From NCBI GenBank assembly GCA_002269645.1, contig NIVC01000380.1, positions 347,158 to 411,157 on the forward strand: a DNA stretch of 64,000 nt, in the 5' to 3' direction. This document shows positions 1-15,790 of this stretch, piece after piece (within the stretch, counting starts at the first letter, position 1; the number at the start of each line of letters is the position of its first letter). The translations under genes and the position numbers were made by a program. Below the pieces are notes generated by a model. The model was not told the origin of the DNA. It ran no database searches and saw only the letters and a list, made by a program, of their open reading frames with translations. This DNA is from Macrostomum lignano (lineage: Eukaryota).

Positions 1-199
1 CACTCGCGGGAAAATTGCACTGCGGGCAAATCTTGGCGGGCAATTCTCGGCGGGCAAATCTCCACGGGCAATTCGCTCACGGGCAAAATGCACTGCGGGC
101 AAATCTCCGCAGGAAAAGCTCGGTGGGCAAATCTCCACGGGCAAATCTCCTGCGGGCAAATCTTGGCAGGCAATTCGTCTGCGGGCAATTCTTATGGAC
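1..199. repeat. Degenerate CGGGCAAAT-motif array, probably the subterminal repeats of a non-autonomous DNA transposon inserted into the hAT transposase
   Basis: More than 10 copies of (G)CGGGCAAAT(CT); ends at GGACCC (~199), where transposase homology (LSPAVQNTLIDC) begins. Confidence 0.7.
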
Positions 200-1891
200 C
201 CTTTCACCTGCCGTACAAAATACGCTGATAGACTGCATTAACACTGTAATGACTCGCGCAGTTGTTCAGCCAATTAAATTGTTCTATGCCATTATTGTCG
301 ATGGAACAAGTGATATTGCACGTTCTGAGCAACTCTCAATCACAATTCGCTATGTCAACAACGATGAAGATGTTCAAGAGCACTTTGTTGGCTTTGTAGA
401 ACTAAAGGAACAAGATGCTCCTGCAATCGTTGATACCATTGATGCAAAGCTGGAGCTTTTGCAACTGGACAAGTCACTTCTTGTTGCGCAAGGCTACGAC
501 GGTGCTTCGGTTATGAGTGCTGAAGGTGGTGTTCAAGGTCAAATTCGAAGAACATGCCCTAATGCTATCTACATCCACTGCTCCAGTCACTGTCTCAACC
601 TGTGTACCAGGGCAACAGTAGACAGCAAGCGAGGCATTCGGGAACTGAAGAGTGTCTATGCCACACTTGATGCTGCATCCAAGCACTTCTTGCATTCAGC
701 AGTCAGGACAAAGAAGTTTGCTGAACTTGTTGCAGCTAAGCAGTGATGCCACAGACAGAGCGCCTCAAGATGCGATTGAAGCCATTCTGCCCAACACGGT
801 TCGTGGACAGTATAGATTGTGTCTCTGACTTCCTGGCTGTCTTTGATGTGGCTGCAGAGTACTTTTATTCCGCGGACCTGTCTGTGTACAACAACGTCAA
901 CTCAGTGACTATCGTTGGCATTCATGTCCTTCAATCACTGCTCGGTTCAATGAGTGGTCTTTCAGTCGTACTTCAGGCAAGTGCTTCTATCAGATTAATG
1001 TGATGATATGCCTGAAACGATGTCAAGTTCATGTCATATTAATATTTATGATTTTTTGTGCATGTGCGGTCGGCTAATCTAATCTCATTTTAAACCTTTT
1101 TCATCGAAGGGGAAGGCCATGGACCTCATCGTTGCTAGTGAGGAGGCTGATCGAGTTCTCCAACTTCTAAGGACTTGGAGAAGTGACAGTTCGAATGCAA
1201 AATTCAGAGAGCTGTTTGAAGCTGCCGACAGACTTCACAAGCGACATAATGACGATCAGTCAATTCCCAATAAGTACAAAGCACTTCCTTCGCAGCGCAG
1301 CCAACATCGCAGCAATTCACATAGTGGTGATACTTTTGAGAACTTTAAAGTGAATGTCTGGTATCTTACACTAGATCTCGTAATTTCCGAGCTCAGTGAG
1401 CGCTTTTCAAGATCAGCCAAGATTGTCATGAAAATGACCAAGCTTTTACCTGCTAACTGTGTCAATGCAGAGGCCACTCTGGCTGCAATGGAGGCATTCA
1501 ATGAGTACAGCTTCTTTCTGGAGCCAGTCGCAATATGCGCTTAGCTGAATTTGAATGCTGGCAAGCATTCTGTAGGAGCCTGCCATCAGCTGAGCAAAGT
1601 ACCATGACCATCTCCAACAGGACCAACATAATCAAGCACTGCAATAAGGGTCTTTGGCCAAACATCCATGACCTACTGACGATCTTTCTCACCATCCCAG
1701 TGGCAACCTGCACAGCTGAAAGATCATTTAGTATGCTTTGTTTTTTGAAGACACATACCAGGTCAACCATGGGCAAGAGCCGGCTGAATGGACTTGCAAT
1801 GCTGTAAGTGCACAAAGACATTCAACTGCCATACAAGCGTGTGGTTGAGGAATATTCACAGCATTTCGACTTGCGCCTGCGGCTGTTGTAA
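200..1891 (+). pseudogene. hAT (ZMYM1/DUF4371-like) transposase pseudogene with one intron (977-1109, GC-AG)
   Basis: Motifs IVDGTSD, GYDGA, HCSSHCLNL, PTRF and TAERSFS (dimerisation domain); frameshifts near 745 and 1540, stop at 1805; colinear with 33037-35859. Confidence 0.9.
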
Positions 1892-2317
1892 TTGTGAGCT
1901 ATCTACCTTTATTGTGTCAGACTACCATGAGTCTCCTATTATAACTCCTTTGAGTATAGTCACTCATTGTTGTTTTTATTTTGCATATATTGCACTAAAA
2001 ATATATTGGTTCTGACTATGGAAAGCATAGTGCATGCTAGTGCATGCTACGCTCATAGTGCAATTCAAAAACAATTTTCATTTACTAAAGCATTTAGTAG
2101 AAAGATTTTTTTTTTTTTTTTCATTAAATTATGAATTTGAATATGTATTTTCATAGAATTGGAAACTTGACTAGCCATTCAAAGCTATCAAGCACTTATG
2201 TATTTGATTTATAGCACTTAATTTTCCTGTGACCTGCCCATTAGGCCAGCAAATACAAGTAGCAACAGCTACTCACATCCCTGCATCCCCCATGAGAAAT
2301 TCCTGGCTATGCCCCTG
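200..2317 (+). mobile_element. hAT DNA transposon, degenerate copy 1, 5' part missing
   Basis: Transposase remnant plus right TIR CTGGCTATGCCCCTG (2303-2317), nearly identical to the right TIR of the complete copy at 36352-36366. Confidence 0.85.
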
Positions 2318-2449
2318 ACTTATATATTACAGAAAAACTTACATAGGTCCTAGGGTCTAGTCTATTATATTTTGCACGTATTGTCTATATATGTATATAT
2401 CCTTTGATATATATGCCTATAATATATATATATAGGCATATATGAAGGG

Positions 2450-2451
<2 letters not shown>

Positions 2452-2513
<62 letters not shown>
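2452..2513. repeat. (TA)n microsatellite
   Basis: Pure TA run. Confidence 0.95.
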
Positions 2514-2518
<5 letters not shown>

Positions 2519-3244
2519 ATTAAGAATATATATTCAATTGACAATTTTATCTATACCTCTAGTTCCACAACCAATACCAAAAAATAAAGGTAAAAAGTAT
2601 AGAGGATAATCAAGAAAAAAGTCTAAAACACTAATATAAAATAGTACAAATTCACATCTAGAAATTATTATGCATTAATAAGCTTACTAAGCCTAAGGTT
2701 TAGTTAGTTAGGGTTAGGCCCTATTGTTAGGAAGGTGTCTAGTATATGCTAGAATTTTTTGGGCAAAATTTTAAGTAAATATGCCAAATATGCCAAAAAT
2801 TAGAAATGTTATTGTTACAATAAAGCACTTTTTTCCATTGTTACATTAATATTTATATGTATATTATAACAAAAAAGTGTCATGTTTAATACTCCTATAT
2901 AAAAACTTGCAATTACTTAAAGTTATAATAGGCCTACCTGAATTCTCTAAAATAATACTATCATGTTCAATAACTTTTTATTTGCATTTTAATTACCTCT
3001 TAACCCTTTGTCTTTTTTGAAATGTTCTATGTTTTATCTTTGTTACAGAAACTAGAAACTAGATTTCCACTTCTACCTATTTTAAATTTTTTTATATCAC
3101 TTTTCATATGCCAAATACAACTTCTTTAAGATTCAAGCATACAAAATATGTAGGGGCCTATACCAATAAGCTATGTCTAGCCTATGAAGGGCTAGGCCTA
3201 ATGCATGCCAAAAAATGTTAGCATATTACTAACATTACTAGCAA

Positions 3245-3440
3245 GACTGCAGCGCTAAAATGAGTGTCTGCAGCACTAAAATGAGTGCCTGCAGCGCAAA
3301 AATGAGTGCTTATGCCTTATGGTGCCAAAATTAGTGCTTGCAGGCTGCAGCACTAAAATGAGTGCCTGCAGCGCAAAAATGAATGCTTGCGGCGCAAAAA
3401 TGAGTGCCTGTGGCACTTTATAAAATGAGTGCTGACAATA
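3245..3440. repeat. ~21-bp minisatellite GCAGCACTAAAATGAGTGCCT
   Basis: About 7 imperfect copies visible. Confidence 0.85.
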
Positions 3441-4507
3441 TGGATTCTGAAAATAATTGGTACATGATAATGTGCATTTTCCATATAAAAAAATCTAACT
3501 CAACAGGGGCATGTGCCGCGTGCCCCCCCTTTAAATCCGTCACTGAACCTGCTACCTGCCCCCCCCCCCAGTTTTTGAAACGTTCCTACGCCTATGCCTA
3601 CTTATTGTACATCCGATGTATTGTACATGTATTGTAAATAGCCTACTAACATACTCTGCTACGAGCGCGTAGCAGAAGTACTATTGCTTTACTGTATGTT
3701 GAGTCCTATCGTATTTCAAACGCAAATGCGCTGTTTTTGGTGATAGGCTTCGTGCTCGTTGTCGTGGTAGCCGTTAGATTAGCGTAGCCATCCCATTCCT
3801 TAATTTACTTATCGAGTTAGTTAATAGTTAGTTAAGATAGTCCATCCGCATCCAGTATAAATAATATCAGGAAATAATTCCGCATCCAGGCCTAGTCTTA
3901 TAGGCTTTAATTATACACAAAGACAAAAAATATACAATTATACGAATCAAATAAAGGCAAATTACACCCACTAAAGGTGCATTTGTTTATCAATCATTAC
4001 AATGAAGTTAATTTAAATTATTCGATTTCAAGGAACTAATATGATCGATCGACATTCGACACTGACGGCCGCCCGCACGCGATCATGTTATTGTTATTTT
4101 AAACCCTAATTTTAATTGTGTAACTAGTATTTAGGATTTATAAATTATTTCAATACTTAACTCATATATATATTTCTTTTAATATTACTTAATATTTTTA
4201 ATTTGTGATGAATATTAAAGGCTGTTTTCTTTTAAAAACTTCCTAACATTGTTGTTAAATTGCGTTAGTTACCTGCTTCCGGCAAAAATTAAACTTTACT
4301 TTTTATTAATTACGCACTGTTTATATATGTTAGGATGAACATCAAGTCAAAGATTCTTATAGAACTAAAATGATTGATATCTAAATTTTCTATTAATTTG
4401 GTCTTTTATGGGGTGCACATAAATAAAAAATCTTCGATAGAATAGAATATAATGACTACCAATCGCGGTGTCACTTTTTCTGCTTTCACTTTAATCTCTG
4501 AGTTTGA

Positions 4508-7794
<3,287 letters not shown>

Positions 7795-8709
7795 TTGACT
7801 ACTGTCTGTGCCGTAGGCTTACATGTAGGTTAGACCAACACAAAACTAACCTGAATAGAAAGTAACTCACTTCCCAACCTTGAATACCACTGCTGTTCGT
7901 TGCAAAAGTCATAAAAATACTGTAAGATGTCGCTTCGCAGTTTTGTTTAACATGTAGGAGCATCTCTAACGTCTCATTTGGATATGGCGCAAGTCTCGTT
8001 TACATATAGCCAAAAGCGATACTGTATGTATGTGGTGCCTATTAGTTGTGTACCGATCAAGTTTGAGCCGAGACCATCCGCTGGCCGGTCATGCAGATTT
8101 TTCTGCAAATTCCCACAGCGACCGTCTATCTTCCCTAAGGAAGAATATTCTATTAAGCAAAAAAACAAAAAACTTTGTTTAGCCAGTCAAGCGTGGGACA
8201 ATGTCACAGGGCGCGTCTTCAAGGCCTAGGCGCAAACGTAGGCCGCAACGCCGGCAGTTTCCGGGGCCAGGGGTGTCGGAACCGGGGGCACATGGGGGGG
8301 GGCTGGAGCCCCCGACCCCCCGACTTTTTAGCAATGTTCCTGCAAGTGCCCTTTTTGAATTTCAAGCAAGTGTCGGCCGGTTTTCGGCTTTGGCTTTTCT
8401 GAGTCTTGGAAGCTAACTGCTAAAGGTATACCAGCTGATTTAATGTTGTTCTCAATCCCATTCCACTACAGTTTTTAACTAATGCGGCTAAGCCTAGTGC
8501 TTTTAGTGCAGGGGTCAGCAAACTTTTTACCTCAAGGGCCAGATTGAGAACAGCGCAGGACTGCCCTTCTTGGTCCGCTTTGCTGGGCCCCCTAAGAAGA
8601 CTGCGGGCTATAGGGAGACAGGATAAGGAATAGAGAAGAGAAATACGAGCGCAGGAGAAAGGAGAGGCGAAGGATTAAATGAGAAGAGAGTAGACGAGAA
8701 GAGAGATAA

Positions 8710-9750
8710 AATAGGAGAGGAGAGAGGAGAGGGGAGATGAATGAGGAGAGGAGAGTCGAAATATAAGAGAGAGGAGGGAGAAGAGAATGGAGATGAAACG
8801 GGAGATGAGAGGAGAGGAGAGAGGAGAGGAGAGGAGAGGAGAAGAGAGGAGAGGAGAGGAGAGGAGAGGAGAGGAGAGGAGAGGAGAGGAGAGGAGAGGA
8901 GAGGAGAGGAGAGGAGAGGAGAGAGGACAGGACAGGAGAGGAGAGGAGAGAACAGGACAGGAGAGGAGAGGAGAGGAGAGGACAGGAGAGGAGAGGACAG
9001 GAGAGGAGAGGAGAGGAGAGGAGAGAGAGGAGAGGAGAGGAGAGGAGAGGAGAGGAGAGGAGAGGAGAGGAGAGGAGAGGAGAGGAGAGGAGAGGAGAAG
9101 AGAGGAGAGGAGAGGAGAGGAGAGGAGAGGAGAGGAGAGGAGAGGAGAGGAGAGGAGAGGAGAGGAGAGGAGAGGAGAGGAGAGGAGAGGAGAGGAGAGG
9201 ACAGGAGAGGAGAGGAGAGGACAGGAGAGGAGAGGAGAGGACAGGAGAGGAGAGGAGAGGAGAGGAGAGGAGAGGAGAGGAGAGGAGAAGAGAGGAGAGG
9301 AGAGGAGAGGAGAGGAGAGGACAGGAGAGGAGAGGAGAGGACAGGAGAGGAGAGGAGAGGAGAGGAGAGGAGAGGAGAGGAGAGGAGAAGAGAGGAGAGG
9401 AGAGGAGAGGAGAGGAGAGGAGAGGAGAGGAGAGGAGAGGAGAGGAGAGGAGAGGAGAGGAGAGGAGAGGAGAGGAGAGGACAGGAGAGGAGAGGAGAGG
9501 AGAGGAGAGGAGAGGAGAGGAGAGGACAGGAGAGGAGAGGAGAGGAGAGGAGAGGAGAGGAGAGGAGAGGAGAGGAGAGGACAGGAGAGGAGAGGAGAGG
9601 ACAGGAGAGAACAGGAGAGGAGAGGAGAGGAGAAGAGAGGAGAGGAGAGGAGAGGAGAGGAGAGGAGAGGAGAGGAGAGGAGAGGAGAGGAGAGGAGAGG
9701 ACAGGAAAGGACAGGAGAGGACAGGAGAGGAGAGGAGAGGAGAGGAGTTT
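8710..9750. repeat. (GGAGA)n pentanucleotide satellite with GGACA variants
   Basis: About 1 kb of AGAGG; the SSPLL/RRGEE ORFs are its translations. Confidence 0.97.
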
Positions 9751-10339
9751 ATGAGCAGAGAGAGGGGAGGGAAGAGTGCTGAGAAGAGACGCGAACATCG
9801 AGCGGGATGGATTGTTGCTATTGATAGCGGAAGATTCAAATTAAGGACCCAAGTGCCGGATAGAGAGGCTTTGCGGGCCACATTTGGTCTTCAGGCCGGA
9901 GTTCGCCAAACCCCTGTTTTAGTATTCAGCCCTTTTACTTTGGCATCTCTGATCGAAATTCCGAGTCCGCCGCAATCCCAAGACTTAAATAACCGCTGCT
10001 GGCGCTTTAAGTCTAGCTTAGAATAAAGAGACAGCGCCAAGAGGAACTGAGAAGGAGGCAGCCAAGAGATCCAGAAAATTACTGGTCTTGCCCTGGCAAT
10101 TTTCATTCATTTGAGATATTTACTAAATACATGTAAATTGATAGTGCACTGCAGTTGCGCAATGTTTGAATTAGTTGAAAATTCGAACATTTTTCAAACT
10201 TTTGGCCACTTCCAACACAGAATTGAATATCGGCCTGGTTGTCACAATTAATGTCACAAACTGACATAACAGCAGGAGTTTGGGTGCCCTTGGATTGAAA
10301 AAAAATCATGTGCAATGTGCGCTCCCACCATAGCCCCCC

Positions 10340-10680
10340 CACTTTGAAATATGTTCAGACACCGCTGTCCGGGGCCGTCAGCAGCCGCACCTCCTGCACC
10401 GGCTGCGGGCAAGTACGACTCGGCTCAGATGAAATGGCCTGCCAGCTAGAGTCGCCGACGGCGCAACAGTTCGCTGGGACGGTGCGGCGATAGAGTGCCG
10501 CATTGGTAACTCGCTCGATAGCCGATCTTGAAGGCGGCACGCAGCAGGCCAGCGTGCGCCGCATCGACCAGCTGTTCGAGCGATTCCGTCAGCGTCCAGG
10601 TCAAGGACCTGAAGTACATGTATAGGATGCTTCTCGTTTGGGGTTGTCTTGAGGTGGCCTGGCAGGTTTTCAAACCCCAC
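10340..10680 (-). pseudogene. Decayed C-terminal fragment of an RTE-like LINE ORF2
   Basis: Frameshifted pieces join to LTWTLTESLEQLVDAAHAGLLRAAF, ERVTNAALY, RPSELLRRRRL.LAGH and CPQPVQEV; resembles the post-RT region of RTE-like elements. Confidence 0.6.
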
Positions 10681-11189
10681 CGCTGCCACCAGTGTTGTAC
10701 CTGTGATTCTCAGGTTGTGCTAGCACAGAGCCCTTGGGTTGTCTCAGGCTCTCTCTTGCCAGGAGCCTACTTATTAGAGGCTCTCAGAACGGAAAGCACC
10801 CAGTCAAGCAAATTATGAAATGCCCAGGCGCGGTGAAGGGCGATGCAGAAAAGCACAATGGAACGCCTAGAGCTATTTGAAGGGCAAATAGAAGCAGCAT
10901 TAAGACAATTAATAAACTGTCAAGTCAAATTTGAATGACCGAATCTAATAAAGCCTCTTTCCATTCCAGTGAGTAGCAACACCCCACCGCAGGCACAATG
11001 GCGCTCAAACCGGCCGGGAGAAGCAAACCGAGGAGAGGCCCGAATTAGACAGCAATGACGTCAAAGAGATCAATCGGCCTGTCAGAACCTGGCGAACATT
11101 GGAGGAGAATCGCACGGCCCGCCCGCGGACTTCTATCCAACCTGAAGCTGCTCAAGAAGGCGAGATCAACCCCAAGTAGCTTGACAACC

Positions 11190-11360
11190 TAGGGGTTTCG
11201 GGGTTCGGGGTCGGTTCGGGGTTCGGGTCGGGTTTTGGTACCGGGTTCGGGATTCGGGGTAGGGTACGTATTCTGGTCGGTATCGGGTTCGGGGTTAGGT
11301 GTTCGGGTTCGGGTTTTCGGGTGGGGTTTAGGGTCGGGTTTTCGGGGTTTTCGGGTTCAA
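11190..11360 (+). repeat. Degenerate (GGGTTC/GGGTTA)-like G-rich tract
   Basis: Repeated GGGTTCGGG; a similar tract lies at 15660-15790. Confidence 0.7.
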
Positions 11361-11739
11361 ATTAGAAAAAAACTTAAGCTATTTTTAAAAAAAGTTCATA
11401 ATTTTCTTCTAATCTCGTAATGTAACGATTTTAAGTATAAAAAGGGGAATATTTAAACTTCGAAAACAGAAATAACTAGCAATCTAGTGCGGCCCCCCTT
11501 CGGGGCGCCCAATAAGAAAGGAGCAAAAATAGTTCATGGAAAACAATAAAAAACACATTTTCTTAAACACTAATTCCTTCTTCACATTTTAAAAATCACC
11601 TTATTCGTGTAAAATTGTCACGGACTAAGATGTTTGCAAAATTAAAAAATCACTTTTTCTCTAAAATTAACAAACAGTCAACAAAATATCGTTTCACTAA
11701 ATAGAAAATATTCCCAAGACAGCAAGCAACCCCCTCCAA

Positions 11740-12035
11740 AAGTGAACAATCGCAGATAGCAAGCATCCTCTAATGCTCATAGCAAGAATCACCACAGATA
11801 GCAAGCATCTGCAGATTAGCAAGCACCCCCCAGATATTATAGAAGCATCCACCCAGATAGCAAGCATCCTGCAGATAGCAAGAATCCCTAAATAGCAAGC
11901 ATCCTGCAGATAGCAAGAATCCCTGAATAGCAAGCATCCCTGGATAGAAAGAATCCCATGCATGTAGCCAGTACCCCCTCTCCCAAATAGCAAGTATCCC
12001 CCCTCGAGAGCAAGCATCCACGAGACAGCAAGTAG
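11740..12035. repeat. ~21-bp minisatellite (GATAGCAAGCATCC core)
   Basis: About 13 copies of the ATAGCAAG motif. Confidence 0.85.
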
Positions 12036-12149
12036 CTAGTGCAAATGTTACTTCCGCTAATGCAATAATCGCTTTCTCAGGTTGTGCAACAATCCACGTC
12101 TCAGCGAGCGCAATAATCTCTTTTTTAGACAGCGCAGTAATCAGCTTCT

Positions 12150-14560
12150 CAGCTAGTGCAATAATCCTTGGTTTATTAATAGCAATAATCCTTGATTAAT
12201 CAAGTGCAATAATCCTTGGTTTATCAAGTGCAATAATCCTTGGTTTATCAAGTGCAGTAATCTTTGGCTTATCAAGTGCAATAATCCTTGGTTTATCAAG
12301 TGCAATAATCCTTTGTTTATCAAGTGCAATAATCCTTGGTTTATCAAGTGCAATAATCCTTGGTTTATTAAGTGCAATAATCCTTGGTTTATCAAGTGCA
12401 ATAATCCTTGGTTTATCTAGCGCAGTAATCCTTGGCTTATCAGGTGCAAAAATCCTTGGTTTATCAAGTGCAATATTTGTTTATCAAGTGCAATAATCCT
12501 TGGTTTATCAAGTGAAATAATCCTTGGTTTATCAAATGCAATAATCCTTGGCTTATCAACTGCAATAATCCTTGGTTTATCAAGTGCAATAGTCCTTGGT
12601 TTATCAAGCGCAGTAATCCTTGGCCTATCAAGTGCAATAATCCTTGGCTTATCAAGTGCAATAATCCTTGGTTTATCAAGTGCAATAGTCCTTGGTTTAT
12701 CAAGCGCAGTAATCCTTGGCCTATCAAGTGCAATAATCCTTGGCTTATCAAGTGCAATAATCCTTGGTTTATCAAGTGCAATAATCCTTGGTTTATCAAG
12801 TGCAGTAATCCTTGGCCTATCAAGTGCAATAATCCTTGGTTTGCCAAGAGCAATAATCCTTAGTTTATCGAGTGCAGTAATCCTTAGTTTTCCAAGTGCA
12901 GTAATCCTTGGTTTATTAAGAGCAATAATCCTTGGCTTATCGAGTGCAGTAATCCTTGGTTTGCCAAGAGCAATAATCCTTGGTTTATCAAGTGCAATAA
13001 TCCTTGGTTTATCAAGTGCAATAATCCTTGGTTTATCAAGTGCAATAATCCTTGGTTTATCAGATGCAATAATCCTTGGCTTATCAACTGCAATAATCCT
13101 TGGTTTATCAGATGCAATAATCCTTGGCTTATCAACTGCAATAATCCTTGGTTTATCAAGTGCAATAATCCTTGGTTTATCAAGCGCAGTAATCTTTGGC
13201 CTATCAAGTGCAATAATCCTTGGTTTATCAAGTGCAATAATCCTTGGTTTATCAAGTGCAATAATCTTTGGTTTATCAGATGCAATAATCCTTGGCTTAT
13301 CAACTGCAATAATCCTTGGTTTATCAAGTGCAATAATCCTTGGCTTATCAAGTGCAATAATCCTTGTTTTATCAAGCGCAGTAATCTTTGGCCTATCAAG
13401 TGCAATAATCCTTGGTTTATCAAGTGCAGTAATCCTTGGCCTATCAAGTGCAATAATCCTTGGTTTATCAAGTGCAATAGTCTTTGGTTTATCGAGTGCA
13501 GTAATCCTTAGTTTTCCAAGTGCAGTAATCCTTGGTTTATTAAGAGCAATAATCCTTGGTTTATCGAGTGCAGTAGTCCTTGGTTTATTAATATCAATAA
13601 TCCTTGAATAATCCAGTGCATTAATCCTTGGCTTATCAAGTGCAACATTCTTTACTATCAAGTGCAATAATCCATGGCTTATCAAGTGCAATAATCCTTG
13701 GCTTATCAAGTGCAATAATCCTTGGTTTATCAAGTGCAATAATCCTTTGTTTATCAAGTGCAATAATCCTTTGTTTATCAAGTGCAATAATCCTTTGTTT
13801 ATCAAGTGCAATAATCCTTTGTTTATCAAGTGCGATAATCCTTGGTTTATCAAGCGCAATAATCCTTGGTTTATCAAGTGCGATAATCCTTGGTTTATCA
13901 AGCGCGATAATCCTTGGTTTATCAAGTGCGATAATCCTTGGTTTATCAAGCGCAGTAATCCTTGGCTTATCAAGTGCAATAATCCTTGGTTTATCAAGTG
14001 CAATAATCCTTGGTTTATCAAGCGCAGTAATCTTTGGCCTATCAAGTGCAATAGTCCTTGGTTTATCGAGTGCAGTAATTCTTGGTTTTCCAAGTGCAAT
14101 AATCCTTGGCTTCTTGAGTGCAGTAATCCTTGGTTTGCCAAGAGCAATAGTCCTTGGTTTATCGAGTGCAGTAATCCTTGGTTTTCCAAGTGCAGTAATC
14201 CTTGGTTTATTAATAGCAATAATCCTTGGCTTCTTGAGTGCAGTAATCCTTGGTTTGCCAAGAGCAATAGTCCTTGGTTTATCGAGTGCATTAATCCTTG
14301 GTTTTCCAAGTGCAATAATTCTTGGCTTCTTGAGTGCAGTAATCCTTGGTTTGCCAAGAGCAATAGTCCTTGGTTTATCGAGTGCAGTAATCCTTGGTTT
14401 TCCAAGTGCCGTAATCCTTGGTTTATTAATAGCAATAATCCTTGATTAATCAAGTGCAGTAATCTTTGGTTTGCCAAGAGCAATAGTCCTTGGTTTATCG
14501 AGTGCAGTAGTCCTTGGTTTATTAATAGCAATAATCCTTGGCTTATCGAGTGCAGTAATC
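12150..14560. repeat. 24-bp minisatellite TTATCAAGTGCAATAATCCTTGGT, about 100 copies
   Basis: 8-aa periodic translations (LLHLINQG / ALDKPRII) in several frames. Confidence 0.97.
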
Positions 14561-15659
14561 TAAGTGTTTTTATTTAGTCCTTTAATAAAACCTTTTAATA
14601 AAAAATTTTACACTACTACTTTTAAACTACTTAGATTCGAACCTAGGTCGCTGCATTAGCAGTCTGGTCTGTTCAGCTCTAGGCTAGCTCTCATCGAAGT
14701 TATCAGTGATGTTGTACCACTTATATAATTCAACACTCACACCAAGTCAGGTAGAGTAAAAAGTCTCACGAAGCAGTTATGACATAATCAATTTCTTAGG
14801 CAAGTCAGTACCAGTGTCTATGAAAGTTTACAATATGGTTACGTAATATAAATTCAGTACTGCGCTATGCTTTCACACTCAAAGCTGTGACGCAATTCAA
14901 TTGAGTGTCAAATTCAGCCAGTACACAGACGATAAATAAAGTGTATTGTGATGCAATCTATTTCAGAATCAGAATTCAACCAGTCAGTTTTTCTGCTAGC
15001 ATTCTTACGATGCATTTCAAGTCAAAAGAGCTGCTTGACCTTTGCAAAAAAGCATGTTTTTCGAATATTTAATCCCTTTAGCATCAAGCAATTTCTTAGC
15101 CACGATGCATGTACTGTCACGGGAAAATTTCTGATCGAACAGTGCAAGTTCGAAGAAAATCGGTTGAGCCGTTTTTGCTAAAATCGATCACACACACACA
15201 CATACACACACACATACCGACAGACCATTTTTAGTATATTGGAGGATGCTTGAATTTAAGCTTTCAATTACAAATTTAGGGTTCTACGGATGAAATCTAT
15301 GAATCTATATGGATTCTGGCTGGCCGCTGGACTATGCTTGTGGCTTTAAAAATCCCTTTTAATTATAATTGCATACATTTTTATTAAACACATGAATTGC
15401 TGATGCCAATGGCTATAGCACATCGACCAGTGACATTTCTGCTTTCAAAGATGTCAGAGGAGTCAAATTATAGGGAGGAGAGGAGTGAAGACTTGAAATT
15501 GCTAACTGATGACCAGAAATAGGAGTTGTGGAGTCAGGACTGCAAAGAGAACGAGAAGTAGACTGCTAGAGGTACCTCAGGACGAGTAACTCCCTTCAGT
15601 CGTCACTTTTGGAAAAAAAGATCATCACAGAAAGCCTGAGATGAAGCGTTCTCCTTTCA

Positions 15660-15790
15660 CGGAAATTTCGGGGTCGGGTACATATAGGGTCGGGTTTCGA
15701 GTTGTGGGTACAGGGTCCGGGTCAGGTTTCAGGTTCGGGGTCAGTGTTTCAGATTTGGGGCTTACCCCGAACCCGGAAAAAGTGGAAACC
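15660..15790 (+). repeat. Second GGGTTC-like tract followed by complementary CCCGAACCC motifs
   Basis: Seen directly; related to 11190-11360. Confidence 0.6.

Noticed and set aside
15-199. N-terminus of the 243-aa ORF
   Set aside because: It is a translation of the CGGGCAAAT repeat; transposase homology starts at ~200.
8509-8523. hAT-like TIRs at 8509 (CAGGGGTCAGCAAAC) and 37878-37892, plus TIR-like ends at 3503-3597 and 8270
   Set aside because: No partner ends or TSDs could be paired, so no element boundaries are called.
8592-9881. Long SSPLL / RRGEE ORFs
   Set aside because: They are translations of the (GGAGA)n satellite.
12417-14531. 704-aa repetitive ORF and a CRISPR-like appearance
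   Set aside because: It is a head-to-tail 24-bp minisatellite with no unique spacers and no cas genes, in a eukaryotic context.
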